Part shown: positions 49,771 to 59,307 of the stretch, piece after piece
Numbering within the stretch: the stretch's first letter is position 1
Layout of the letters: each line of letters starts with the position of its first letter
DNA from: a virus
Reading direction: 5' to 3' (one strand)
Length of the DNA: 64,000 nucleotides
IMG/VR virus record: IMGVR_UViG_3300043395_003277
Location: 21,450-85,449 of that record
Position numbers and translations under genes: made by a program
The notes under the pieces: model-generated
Databases searched by the model: none
What the model was told of the DNA's origin: nothing
Seen by the model: the letters and a program-made list of their open reading frames with translations, nothing else

Positions 49771-50529
49771 TTAAAGCAAAGGATTACCAAGTCCTTGTGC
49801 GTTAAGACCTCCATAAGCCTGCATCATTTCTTGGAATTCAGCAAATGGGTCTTTGCGTTTTTGGAACATTTGAGAAAGAAGATTTGATTTGATTTGATCC
49901 TCTACATATTGACGCAAAAACTCTTCTTCTGTTTGTGCCTTGGCGGGAGGCTGCGAAGGTGCCTGTGTTGTTTCTGGTGCTGGAAGCTGTGGTGCGGCTG
50001 GTGTTGGACCTAAAACATTTAACTCATTACCTTGCTCTGGCCGATCAATGTTTCCGTGGCCAACACGAAAAACAACTTGACCGGCGGGATTTAAAGATTC
50101 GGAATAGTATCCGTAACCACCGCCTGATGCGCGACGAACTTTGCCTCCTGCTATACCAGGCAAAAAGATAGAAGCATCTTCTACAGCCCCTTTGTCAAAA
50201 CGGCTTTTACCTTTAAAAGGAACGTAAAAATCTAAAGATTGCCAACCAGGATGCTTGCTGTGTGCATGTGCAGCAGCAGCTTGGTTTAGTAATGCAACAC
50301 GATCACTTAAGTCGGCTTCTGGATTCCAGCGTTTACCCGAAACCGCAGGATTTGAGAACTCAATCTCACGTCCAAGGCCCCTGTATTGTTTTGCCAAGGT
50401 ATCCAATGCCTTGACACGTTCAGCAATTGGCAGGGATTCCAACATCTTTAAATCGATGTGGTAATCAGTAGAGCCGCCAATTTTTGCGCTTGGTCCTGTA
50501 AATCCAGATCGAATTGGAACGTATGCCAT
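49771..50529 (-). CDS. M23-peptidase-like virion protein (divergent)
   Basis: H.....SLDFYVP, GGGYGYY, FRVGHG; Pro-rich linker. Confidence 0.45.
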   Translation of the reverse strand: MAYVPIRSGFTGPSAKIGGSTDYHIDLKMLESLPIAERVKALDTLAKQYRGLGREIEFSNPAVSGKRWNPEADLSDRVALLNQAAAAHAHSKHPGWQSLDFYVPFKGKSRFDKGAVEDASIFLPGIAGGKVRRASGGGYGYYSESLNPAGQVVFRVGHGNIDRPEQGNELNVLGPTPAAPQLPAPETTQAPSQPPAKAQTEEEFLRQYVEDQIKSNLLSQMFQKRKDPFAEFQEMMQAYGGLNAQGLGNPLL

Positions 50530-50557
50530 TATAGGTTTTATTTTTAATTGTAGAACG

Positions 50558-50583
50558 AAAAAACCCCTGGTTTCCCAGGGGCC
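50558..50583 (-). terminator. Intrinsic terminator of the capsid operon
   Basis: CCCCUGG-GAAA-CCAGGGG followed by U6. Confidence 0.88.
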
Positions 50584-50608
50584 TCAATAGTTTTATCTAC
50601 AGAAGGAA

Positions 50609-51040
50609 TCACACACGAATGAGGTCTGCAGCCAGTACCGCCTCCCAATCAACTCGTTTAATTTGTTTAAGCTGTTCAAGATTGTTAAATCTTTCACCCG
50701 ATAAGGACATCTGAAGATCTTTAATCTCGCGTGCCGTTTTTAACCCAATACCTTTAATATGATCAGCGATCATTTGTGCGGTAGCTGAATTAATGTTTAA
50801 ACGGTGATCGGGTGGGAAAGTACGAGGCTCTTCTTTCGCTGCTTTATCTTTAATCTGAAGAGTTTTAACTTTTTTGGTTGCCTCTTCATCAGGGGCAAGT
50901 TCAGTTTTGTAAGCAGTGAAGAGGCGACCGTCTTGATCTTCGACCATGTACCAGTCGCCATCATCCCATTCACTTACAACCTTTACGCGTGCACCTGTTT
51001 TTTTATGCTGATAAAGCATTGATGCTGGAAGAGTTGACAT
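50609..51040 (-). CDS. Helix-hairpin-helix DNA-binding protein
   Basis: LNINSAT......IKGIGLKTA..I....F..LEQL..IK.V. Confidence 0.8.
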   Translation of the reverse strand: MSTLPASMLYQHKKTGARVKVVSEWDDGDWYMVEDQDGRLFTAYKTELAPDEEATKKVKTLQIKDKAAKEEPRTFPPDHRLNINSATAQMIADHIKGIGLKTAREIKDLQMSLSGERFNNLEQLKQIKRVDWEAVLAADLIRV

Positions 51041-51075
51041 AGGACCAGATGTTGTCTGGTCCTAGTTTAACTTAT

Positions 51076-51879
51076 TCAGCTAACAGTGCGGCCCAGGAGG
51101 TAACCATCAATATCTTCGTAGCCAGGAGCAACATCCGGCTGGATGTAGCACACTTCAACCACAAAGTAACCAGTGCGGCCAGCAGTTGCATCGCCACTGG
51201 AGATATAGAAGCCACCAGACGTTGCGGTACTGTTAGCAGTCTCCTTGGCAAACACCTTGAGAATGGTGGAAGCAGTCGCGGAGTAGTAGACGTTACCAGC
51301 CGTCACACCAGCGGCACCGCTAGCGATCAGGAACGGGTTGGCGCTGTAGCCAGCCGAACCACCAGCGAAGAAGATCTCACCGACCTGCGAACCGGAAGTA
51401 GTGGAAGTCAGGTTGGCCTGAATCACGGCTTCACCGATACCAGAAGCAGCGACAGGGCTACCACCGTTGCTACGACCGAAGGAGAGAACGTTACCGGTAG
51501 CAGCGTAGATACCGGAAGCAACGCGACCATCACCCCAGCCAGAAGCAACGGAGATGGTGGCGCGATACACGTAAGCAGGGAGGGTGCTGCTACCAGAGAT
51601 CACCATGCCGGTGATGTCGGGGCGAGTGTCGTCCTGGCGATAAGGCGAAGGCACGATCACATCTGCGCTTGCAACGGCGCCAGCGCCCGAGGTGGCTGTC
51701 ACGGGGACATAACCACGCTGCTGGAAATAACGGTAACCAGGAACGGCCAGAACCGAAGTAGGGCCACCTTTGGAACCATCAGTGCTGCCGCTGTCGTCGG
51801 TATCAATGTTTTTGTACCAGCCGTTCAGAGGCTCAGCCCAGTTGCCTGGGTAGATTTTTTTAGCGGACAAATAGGTCAT
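51076..51879 (-). CDS. Putative minor capsid/decoration protein
   Basis: Follows the major capsid gene and shares its strong codon bias. Confidence 0.55.
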   Translation of the reverse strand: MTYLSAKKIYPGNWAEPLNGWYKNIDTDDSGSTDGSKGGPTSVLAVPGYRYFQQRGYVPVTATSGAGAVASADVIVPSPYRQDDTRPDITGMVISGSSTLPAYVYRATISVASGWGDGRVASGIYAATGNVLSFGRSNGGSPVAASGIGEAVIQANLTSTTSGSQVGEIFFAGGSAGYSANPFLIASGAAGVTAGNVYYSATASTILKVFAKETANSTATSGGFYISSGDATAGRTGYFVVEVCYIQPDVAPGYEDIDGYLLGRTVS

Positions 51880-51914
51880 TTATCTTTTCCTATGTTTTGT
51901 TTGTGTACTAATTA

Positions 51915-53353
51915 TCAGACAGTACCGTCATCTTGGACGTAGCTGTAAGCAGTGGTAACAAAGTCCTTATTGAGGATTTCAAAACCAGCGTACAGTTGCC
52001 AAATCAGAATGATAAAGCGGCTGAAGTCATCGTTGTTGTTGATGAGCACCTGAGCGTTCGGGCCGCCGATGCCAACGCCAACAGACTGAGGACCGAAGAA
52101 GAAGCCTTGGGCAACTTCCTTGGAAGCATAAGTCGAACCACCATCGAAAGAAGTGGTGATGTTCTTGGTCGGGAAGTTGGTCGACTCGAAGAACTTAACG
52201 CCTTCAAACTGAACGCCGGTAGGCATCACAGGTTCGCCAGCCAGGAAGTAACCTTGACCAGCCTGAGGACCCATGTAGAAGCTGGCATTGTTCGGCATCA
52301 TGGGGTTGCCCATGTACATGCCTTGGCCAGGGTTACCAGCGTAACGGGCGATCTCACGGAAGTCTGGGTCACGACGCAGGTGCATCATGAAGGTGGGATC
52401 GCAAATGCAGCGATACAGGCCATCAGCGAACGTAGGGGTGTTGCGCTTACGCAGATCCTTAACAACGTTCAGAAGGTCGGTACGCACCGAGAACTGCTGC
52501 AGGTCGGCAGTGTACTCAGTACCGGTGTAGGAGATACGACCGGAAGAATCCTTGGTTTTGCCACCGGGGAAGAAGTAGCCACCTTGGGTGGTAGAAGCAG
52601 CACCATTGGCTTCTGCTTTGGCGAGTTCATCAATGAACACGCGGTCACGCCAACGGCGGTAGTCGTCAAGCAGCGTCAGGCTACCAATCGACTGGTGGAA
52701 CATATTCAGGTTGCCCGAATCCAGCAGCAGACGCTGAGCTGTGATCAGAGTTTCGCGAGCAATCTTGAAGGTGCTGGGCTGGGTCGGATCGCCCGGATCT
52801 GCAGGACCGGTGTATTCCTTAAGCACCACCAGGACCTTTTCCTTGGTGATGTTACGGCTGTTAGCGGTACCAATCGTTTGATCGGCAATACGCTCACGGC
52901 TGTCCTTAGTACCAGGGGTACCCCAGAACTTATAGCGATCTAACTGAACGGTTTGACCGGGCTGACGGGTGAAGTCGTGGACAACCACAGGCTCCACAGC
53001 CATTTCGGCAATGTAAGCAGGATGGGGACGATAGAGTTCCGCACCCAAGATTTTTGGAAAATCGTTCTCCTGGTCTCTAGTTTCTTAGAGGGGTGGACTA
53101 TCTCTTCATCCCTGTGGGATGCCGGACGCTAAATCTGGTATTACGTAACAAGATCGTGTTACCCCCAGTAGTCTCTGCACCTTCCAATCACGACTTGATT
53201 GGCTTGGCTCAGGATTACCCTCGTCTTTACGTTAGGGCTTCCCTGAATTCATCCGGTTTGCACCCATCAATTACTCGATGGGGTGACAACGTTGAGCGTT
53301 CAGTTGAAGCAATTTATTGCTTACCAGGACCTGAACCAGCTATCAATAAACAC
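51915..53353 (-). CDS. Major capsid protein, spliced join(53353..53342,53066..51915), 387 aa
   Basis: GGAGG RBS, GTG TTT ATT GAT exon 1, in-frame AAC GAT TTT CCA exon 2 (MFIDNDFPKILGAELYRPHP); strong codon bias; lies after portal and scaffold. Confidence 0.85.
53067..53341 (-). ncRNA. Group I self-splicing intron, ORF-less, 275 nt
   Basis: P AAUUCAGGGAA, Q AAUCCUGAGC, R GUGCAGAGACUA, S AAGAGAUAGUCC; P3 CCGGAUG/CGUCCGG; IGS CGUUGUCA pairs exon UGAU (U-G) and AACG; terminal G. Confidence 0.93.
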
Positions 53354-53450
53354 CTTGGTTTATCCTCCAGTGTCAGTGTTTTTATCGGGTGAAAGATAAA
53401 GACACGTGTGCCTTATCTAACACAAATTTTAGCAGGTAGTAAACTTAAAG

Positions 53451-54011
53451 TTACATGTACTGCATGGTTGGTGCTTTGTAACGAGCACCTTCTGAATTGC
53501 TGGAACCATAAGATTCTGGATCAATGGCACCACCTTGAACGAAACCAGGCACACCGAGAGCGCCAGGAATCGCACCAAGGGCAACACCACCTAAACCAGC
53601 TGCGCCAGCGGCAGCAGGTGCGCCGAGGCCAGCAGTGAGCCTAGATACCAATTGCTGACCTTTCGGACCAACAGTGGCACCCTCAGCTGCCGCAATAATA
53701 TCGGCAGCTTTACCAACAATTTGACTGCGCTTATTCGCGCCTTCTGGCAGATTGCGGCCAATGTCGCCAACAATGTTGCCGAGTGGAATAACAGCTTTTT
53801 CTTGCACTGCATTCAGTAATTCTGGGGCATATTTACCAGCCAGACGACCAGCACCTAATGCACCTCGTGCACCAAGAGCAGCACCTAAGCCGCCAAGGAT
53901 TGCACTACCTGGATCTTCACCCTGTGCAGAAAGAGCCCCGCCAACTGCCAGACCGGCAGCGGCGGGAACTCCGTATGCAATCAGAGGACGAGTTTGTCCT
54001 AATGGTCGCAT
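53451..54011 (-). CDS. Gly/Ala-rich membrane-like protein
   Basis: Several GxxxG hydrophobic segments. Confidence 0.55.
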   Translation of the reverse strand: MRPLGQTRPLIAYGVPAAAGLAVGGALSAQGEDPGSAILGGLGAALGARGALGAGRLAGKYAPELLNAVQEKAVIPLGNIVGDIGRNLPEGANKRSQIVGKAADIIAAAEGATVGPKGQQLVSRLTAGLGAPAAAGAAGLGGVALGAIPGALGVPGFVQGGAIDPESYGSSNSEGARYKAPTMQYM

Positions 54012-54014
54012 GGA

Positions 54015-54992
54015 TCACTCCATCACAAAGAGTTTATTTGCAACAACTTGAGGTTGAGCATGGTTCAGAAGGCGCCAAGCTTGGCTGGGGTCCATATCCA
54101 TTTGTTGCTTAAAGCTGCCCCAGAAATTTTCAGGTTGCTGAGGAGCAGAAGCAGCGGGAGGAGCAGGGAACTGAGCGTTGGTCATGGGGTTAACAGCCTG
54201 AGTGGGATACCCCTGAGTCTCAAGTTCAGTCTCATTCTCATACACAGGGTATGGACCTTCCGGACCAAAGAACTTGAGAGTGTAATCACTCAGTACGTCA
54301 GGATTGGTCAGGATCTCGTTATATGCCAGGTTCTCTTGGTGCTCATTTACAGCGAACTTGGCATAGTTCTCGATCATGTCCTTGGCTTGACCGCCCCAAG
54401 CAACAGCGCTATCCAGCATGTTCTCCAGTTGGAGAGCATAGTTATTTAGGATTGCGGGCGCTTCCAGGCCGTACGCGTTGATTACGAACTGGCTTTCCGG
54501 GCTGAGGTTTTGCACCACTGCTTGCGCCGCCTGCTCCAAGGAGAGATTGGAGGAAGTTGGGGAAGAGTTGGGCGAGAATGTCTGGTTGGGAGACCAGGTC
54601 TGCGGAGCCGATTGTTGCGTAGCTGGGCTGCTGTACTGCTGCCCGTAGTTGGCCTGACCGTACTGGGTCGTCGGAGCTGACGGTTGAGTCTGGAACGGGG
54701 ATTGAACTGGTGCGCTCAGCAGGTTCACCACTTTGTTGAACGCCGATTCCCATGGGTTGCTGCTCGGAGCTTCCGGTTGGGACTGGGGGGCGTACTGAGT
54801 AGGGGCGGATTGGTAACTGGGGGCCGCCTGAGGAACCGCCTGCGGGTAGCTGGTACCCACCTGGTACGGAGCTGGAGCCTGTTGGACCGGGGCTGCTTGG
54901 TAGCTGGGGCTCGGAACCACGTAACTGCTTGGAGCCACCGCTGCCGGAGTTTGGCTCGTCTGTGGGATCGATTGGACGGTAGCGTCCTGCAT
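54015..54992 (-). CDS. Putative capsid scaffolding protein
   Basis: AGGAG RBS; Pro/Gln-rich plus acidic helical region; between portal and capsid genes. Confidence 0.6.
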   Translation of the reverse strand: MQDATVQSIPQTSQTPAAVAPSSYVVPSPSYQAAPVQQAPAPYQVGTSYPQAVPQAAPSYQSAPTQYAPQSQPEAPSSNPWESAFNKVVNLLSAPVQSPFQTQPSAPTTQYGQANYGQQYSSPATQQSAPQTWSPNQTFSPNSSPTSSNLSLEQAAQAVVQNLSPESQFVINAYGLEAPAILNNYALQLENMLDSAVAWGGQAKDMIENYAKFAVNEHQENLAYNEILTNPDVLSDYTLKFFGPEGPYPVYENETELETQGYPTQAVNPMTNAQFPAPPAASAPQQPENFWGSFKQQMDMDPSQAWRLLNHAQPQVVANKLFVME

Positions 54993-56739
54993 AACTCATC
55001 TCCTTTTGTAGAGCTTCTAATGTTCGATACAGATATGGCGTTAAATCCAATCTTGGATCCGCAGCCATCGGTAAATCCGGGGCTTGCGGGTGAGGAGTCT
55101 GCATCATTCCCCCCACTAGTTTTGAGAATGCAGCGTAAGCACCCTGCAACTCATTCACCATCCTGAACGGGAACCCAGATAGCATCTCGGCCCGTTCCTC
55201 ATCCGTCTTAGACGGGAAGAGGTATTTCAGTGCTTCAATGCTATCAACACCTAATTCCTGAAGATTTCGCACGACAATGGAGTTGTTCAGGATGTCTTGA
55301 GTTGATTCCTCATAGACAGGACCCAACCAACGCCAAAGAACCGTGACATCACCATCAGGTATAAGACCCATTACTCCAGGTGGAATTACCTGGGTCTCAA
55401 TACAAGCAAGCATAAGCCTTTTTAAGATGTCATTGTATTGTTTCATTGCTTCTTTATATGCCTGCTCTTCTTCCGGGGTGGCACCAGTAGCAAGATCAAC
55501 TGGTTTCTCGATACCTGCTGCAGCTGCAAGCGTCGACTTGAAAAGCTGTTCTTCTTGATAAATAATCAGTTCAAGACAACGGCAAATACCATGAGTGTAA
55601 ATAGCATTTGCTTTTTTCTTTGATGTTGCAGCAACACGACCGAACAGAGACTTGTACTCTGTTGCGGTAACGCCAGCAGAAATTGATAACTCATCAACAC
55701 CGCCTAATGCGGTACGAATTTCTTCTCGGTACTGACGAGCGAATGCATTCTGGTCTCCAGTAATTGCATCTGGGACGATGTAACCAACACGATCGTTAGG
55801 CTCCAGGTTTGCAATGATGCGTGGCACACGGATAGCACCATCAACGCCACGACTGACTGGATCAGCCTTAAACATGGAACGGCTTAAGGGTGACGGACTC
55901 GTGAAGCCCGAGTTTGCTGCAATAGAAGGACGCTGAACTGTTGCACTATCACCTGACTCCATCAGGTCTGTCTTTGGCCTGGAAGAAAGAAGAGTTGGAT
56001 TACCAAAGAAAGTAATATTCTTTCGAATAGTACGCATTAATTCATCATGGGTGCAAATGTGATTCGCCATGGAATCAAATTCGCCAACGCCTTCGGTTGA
56101 GAACCCCTTGGGATTATTAAAAATTTCAACGCAAGGAATAAAACCAAGACTGTTTTTAAATGTTTTTGTTGTACCCGTTAATGCATAGGTGGGAACATCA
56201 AAAGAAAGCTCGGCTTCAGAGTGCGTTTCTTCAATCTCCCTTTGTTTAATTGCAAGCCTGATATAGCGTTTTGCTCCGGGATTCCAAGTTGATTGAGTGC
56301 CTGAAATATTGTTAACAGCAATATCATTGCCAAAGCCGTTACCACGACGCACCTTGTAGCTGTAAATGATTACAACTTCATCCAGCTCACCATCAACGTT
56401 GTAATACGCTCGATATTCGTGTTGACGGAAATAGTAAAGTCGGTAGCTCTGTTCAGTAGGACGAATATAAAACAACCCTTTTCCATCGCACAGGAAATAC
56501 TCCCAGATTGAATCCAGGCGTGTATCCATTTTGTTGTATTTCAGCACACGATCAAGAAAATCTTTGCGTTGTGCACCGAAATTGTCTTGAGAAGGAAAAA
56601 ATTCAACACCCTGTCGGATGCCAAATAACTTCATCTGAGCAATATGAGACGCTACAACGCCAGTGTCGACAACAATGTCACTATCTTTTTCAAGATAAGA
56701 ATTAATGATTTCTTGAAGACGAGCCTTGGCGTCAGCCAT
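54442..56739 (-). CDS. Portal protein
   Basis: Position between terminase and scaffold; NSLGFIPCVEI.N, GVGEFD, SAGVTATE, V.WRW.GPV. Confidence 0.7.
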   Translation of the reverse strand: MADAKARLQEIINSYLEKDSDIVVDTGVVASHIAQMKLFGIRQGVEFFPSQDNFGAQRKDFLDRVLKYNKMDTRLDSIWEYFLCDGKGLFYIRPTEQSYRLYYFRQHEYRAYYNVDGELDEVVIIYSYKVRRGNGFGNDIAVNNISGTQSTWNPGAKRYIRLAIKQREIEETHSEAELSFDVPTYALTGTTKTFKNSLGFIPCVEIFNNPKGFSTEGVGEFDSMANHICTHDELMRTIRKNITFFGNPTLLSSRPKTDLMESGDSATVQRPSIAANSGFTSPSPLSRSMFKADPVSRGVDGAIRVPRIIANLEPNDRVGYIVPDAITGDQNAFARQYREEIRTALGGVDELSISAGVTATEYKSLFGRVAATSKKKANAIYTHGICRCLELIIYQEEQLFKSTLAAAAGIEKPVDLATGATPEEEQAYKEAMKQYNDILKRLMLACIETQVIPPGVMGLIPDGDVTVLWRWLGPVYEESTQDILNNSIVVRNLQELGVDSIEALKYLFPSKTDEERAEMLSGFPFRMVNELQGAYAAFSKLVGGMMQTPHPQAPDLPMAADPRLDLTPYLYRTLEALQKEMSYAGRYRPIDPTDEPNSGSGGSKQLRGSEPQLPSSPGPTGSSSVPGGYQLPAGGSSGGPQLPIRPYSVRPPVPTGSSEQQPMGIGVQQSGEPAERTSSIPVPDSTVSSDDPVRSGQLRAAVQQPSYATIGSADLVSQPDILAQLFPNFLQSLLGAGGASSGAKPQPGKPVRNQRVRPGSARNPK

Positions 56740-56887
56740 TAATATTTTCCCTGTTATTTAATTTCATCTTAGCAGCTTTTTTGTGCTGCTTTCGCAGGTA
56801 TAACCAGCGTTTAAAATACTCAAGCTCAGCCGGAGTGTATAGACCCGGCTGTTTAAGAGCTCTTTTTACAAGTTTTTTCTTTTTCAT
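56732..56887 (-). CDS. Small basic protein, 51 aa (not in ORF track)
   Basis: MKKKKLVKRALKQPGLYTPAELEYFKRWL...; overlaps both neighbours. Confidence 0.5.
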   Translation of the reverse strand: MKKKKLVKRALKQPGLYTPAELEYFKRWLYLRKQHKKAAKMKLNNRENING

Positions 56888-57219
56888 CAAGAAACAAATT
56901 TATTTTGGAATCCAGCGGGAACTTGGCCCATCTGTGGACCAGCAAAGAAACCAGCGTTGCCCATTGGAATGGGGCCCTGCATGGAATTATATGCAAGCGG
57001 CAGCTGAGGACCCATGCCAGGAAGAATACCTCTCCTGCGCAGTTCATCATTTAACTGCTGGTTTTGTTGAGTGCCGCCTTCGTACAGTCTCTTTAGCTGC
57101 TCACCGGAACGACCCCCAAGTGACCCAGGGGTACGATTGCTGTCAAAACTAGGGCCACCAGCAAATAAATTACCGGGTGCCCCAGGTACGTTTGATTCAC
57201 CGCCGTAAAACATGTACAT
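56887..57219 (-). CDS. Hypothetical Gly/Pro-rich protein
   Basis: 110-aa ORF after CTAGAAT. Confidence 0.5.
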   Translation of the reverse strand: MYMFYGGESNVPGAPGNLFAGGPSFDSNRTPGSLGGRSGEQLKRLYEGGTQQNQQLNDELRRRGILPGMGPQLPLAYNSMQGPIPMGNAGFFAGPQMGQVPAGFQNKFVS

Positions 57220-57241
57220 GTGACTACTCGTTTTTCTTATT

Positions 57242-57427
57242 CTAGTCTTCTACAACTTCATAGCTAGAGGGATCATTAACTTTTGAAAGAATGATACCTT
57301 CTGATTTAATATCCCAATTCAAAAGATCACCTTCTTGCCAGCCAAGATGATCAATGATGTCGTCAGGTAAAGCAATAAAAAGTTCCCCGCTATCGTCTTC
57401 TTGAACTTCAAGGATGTAGCTTGTCAT
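57242..57427 (-). CDS. AbrB/MazE/SpoVT-type DNA-binding protein
   Basis: GELFIALPDDI...LGWQEGD.L.W....GIILSK. Confidence 0.75.
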   Translation of the reverse strand: MTSYILEVQEDDSGELFIALPDDIIDHLGWQEGDLLNWDIKSEGIILSKVNDPSSYEVVED

Positions 57428-57717
57428 TTGCTCAGAAGCTTTTCCATCAGTTTATCAAGTTTATTATTGATCTCACGAAAATTATCGTGCATTTCTTGAA
57501 TTTCTCTTAAGAAGTCGACCTTAAGTACATAGTCAAGTGGCATGCGGTTGATTTGGTCTTCCAAGAGATCAATTCGACGTTTCTGTGAACTGGTATAACT
57601 CATTGCCTGTTGTATCTTGTCTTGATGATTATGCAAGATCCTGGTTGCCACCCAGGAGCCACCGGTCACCGCTGATATAACAGCGGTCAAACCAATGGCC
57701 AAATATTCGGGTCCCAC
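57424..57717 (-). CDS. Membrane-anchored coiled-coil protein
   Basis: N-terminal TM helix; YVLKVDF...INNKLDKL. Confidence 0.6.
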   Translation of the reverse strand: MGPEYLAIGLTAVISAVTGGSWVATRILHNHQDKIQQAMSYTSSQKRRIDLLEDQINRMPLDYVLKVDFLREIQEMHDNFREINNKLDKLMEKLLSK

Positions 57718-57746
57718 TGAAATTAAGCTTTTTATTCATTCTAAAT

Positions 57747-59273
57747 TCAGTAATCAACCTGAAGGTTGCCCTTACGCATAAGACCGTTGATTAAAAATAC
57801 CAACGCATCAACACAGTCATCATGACTACTAACACCAAAGTTCGTAAGTTCTTCAAACATTGCCGTGAAGTTGCGATAACGATTAAAGATGATCTTGCGT
57901 TCTTCAAAAAGACCCATGCAACCTCGGAAGCGAGCAAGCTTGTCAGAACGGAAACCTTTAACTGGATGCCAAAGCAGGTTCCAAAGGCCCTCGCCATTTA
58001 AACAAACACGTTTAAAATCTGACTCCAAGGAAGCTTGGTACGCAACTGCTTCCGAATAAATGTCACAGGTTGAATGTGTAGGAAAATACAAACCATTCAC
58101 ATCAGCACCAAGTACTGACCAGTCGTGAAGCAATTCTTTCATTGCATCAAGTTTTTCTAGATTACCCATGACACGAATGCGTCTGTAATCAATCACGTGA
58201 ATCTGATCACCAATGCGTCCGCCAAGGACCATAACGGTGTAGTCATTCTTTTCTTTAGTGCCAGCAGAAAGGTCCACACCCAAGCCAAGCGTGTCAAACT
58301 CCGTTGCAATTTCTGCTTTAACAATTAGTTCAGGTGCAAGCGACAGCTCATTCTGCCTGATGACCTGGTTCATGTACTGGAAAGAGAAAGCAATTGGAGC
58401 TTGCCGTTTCTTTTCTTTCAAGTAATCAAGTGACCACATCTCTGGCCAATAAGAAAGCTCTTCTCCTGTCTTGGGATCATTCAAGATGGCAGATAGAACA
58501 ATCTGACGCCAGTTGTTTTGTTCATTAAATGTCGTTGCATGAATATCATCATGGCGGAAGCGTGTTCCAAGGCAAATGGCCCTGGCGCCTTCAAACATGG
58601 TCGGCGCAATCACCGCATTCCAGTTCTCTTGCATTTGTTTGCGGATGTCTGGGTTTGCAATATCAGCTGCAGATTTAATAGCGTCATCAATCATGACAAG
58701 GTGAGATCGTTTTGATGTCACCGAGCCTTTCAAGCCTGCAGCGCAAAGAGTGAATTGTTCTTCACCTGTGGTACTGATACCAGCAAACTTGTGATCAATA
58801 GACCAATACTCGTTACTGGTCGCGCTCTTCAGTAAACGGACTTTAGGAAAAACTTCTTGATATCGTTTGCTCTCAATGATACGTTTGATGGTTGCCGATT
58901 TAGACCGTGCAATATCAACGGTATAGGAAAGGTATAAAATTTGCAGCGGCATTTTGGCATGCGTGTGGATACCAATAGCCCATGCGGTTAAAAGGCCAAG
59001 GACTGTAGATTTTGCCGATCCCCGTGGTGCAAGTAAATCAATATTGGGACCAGCAATCTTGATCAGACAACTACTATCTTGCTCTGTGACAAAGTGTCGG
59101 TGCCAATGCTTGTGGTGCTCGGCGGGAGGTTTATTTGCAACGTATTCACAAAAGAAGCCAAAATCCTCACGCGCACGTTGAAGAGCAGCTGCGTTTTTGG
59201 GTGGCCTAATTTGCTGTTGCTGTGCCGCAGCTCTGGCATTACGACGGTAAGCAAGATGTTGGTATGCGGGCAC
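57747..59273 (-). CDS. terL: Terminase large subunit
   Basis: Walker A APRGSAKST, Walker B VMIDD, GTRFRHDD, GVDLS, HDDCVDA. Confidence 0.92.
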   Translation of the reverse strand: MPAYQHLAYRRNARAAAQQQQIRPPKNAAALQRAREDFGFFCEYVANKPPAEHHKHWHRHFVTEQDSSCLIKIAGPNIDLLAPRGSAKSTVLGLLTAWAIGIHTHAKMPLQILYLSYTVDIARSKSATIKRIIESKRYQEVFPKVRLLKSATSNEYWSIDHKFAGISTTGEEQFTLCAAGLKGSVTSKRSHLVMIDDAIKSAADIANPDIRKQMQENWNAVIAPTMFEGARAICLGTRFRHDDIHATTFNEQNNWRQIVLSAILNDPKTGEELSYWPEMWSLDYLKEKKRQAPIAFSFQYMNQVIRQNELSLAPELIVKAEIATEFDTLGLGVDLSAGTKEKNDYTVMVLGGRIGDQIHVIDYRRIRVMGNLEKLDAMKELLHDWSVLGADVNGLYFPTHSTCDIYSEAVAYQASLESDFKRVCLNGEGLWNLLWHPVKGFRSDKLARFRGCMGLFEERKIIFNRYRNFTAMFEELTNFGVSSHDDCVDALVFLINGLMRKGNLQVDY

Positions 59274-59307
59274 AGCTTAAGTATTCAGAATATTACTGAA
59301 TACTAAC

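Noticed and set aside
51049-52943. Long + strand ORFs (297 and 336 aa) opposite the capsid genes
   Set aside because: Antisense shadows of strongly codon-biased genes; no motifs
53093-53392. 99-aa + strand ORF as an intron-encoded nuclease
   Set aside because: Antisense to the ribozyme core; no nuclease motif
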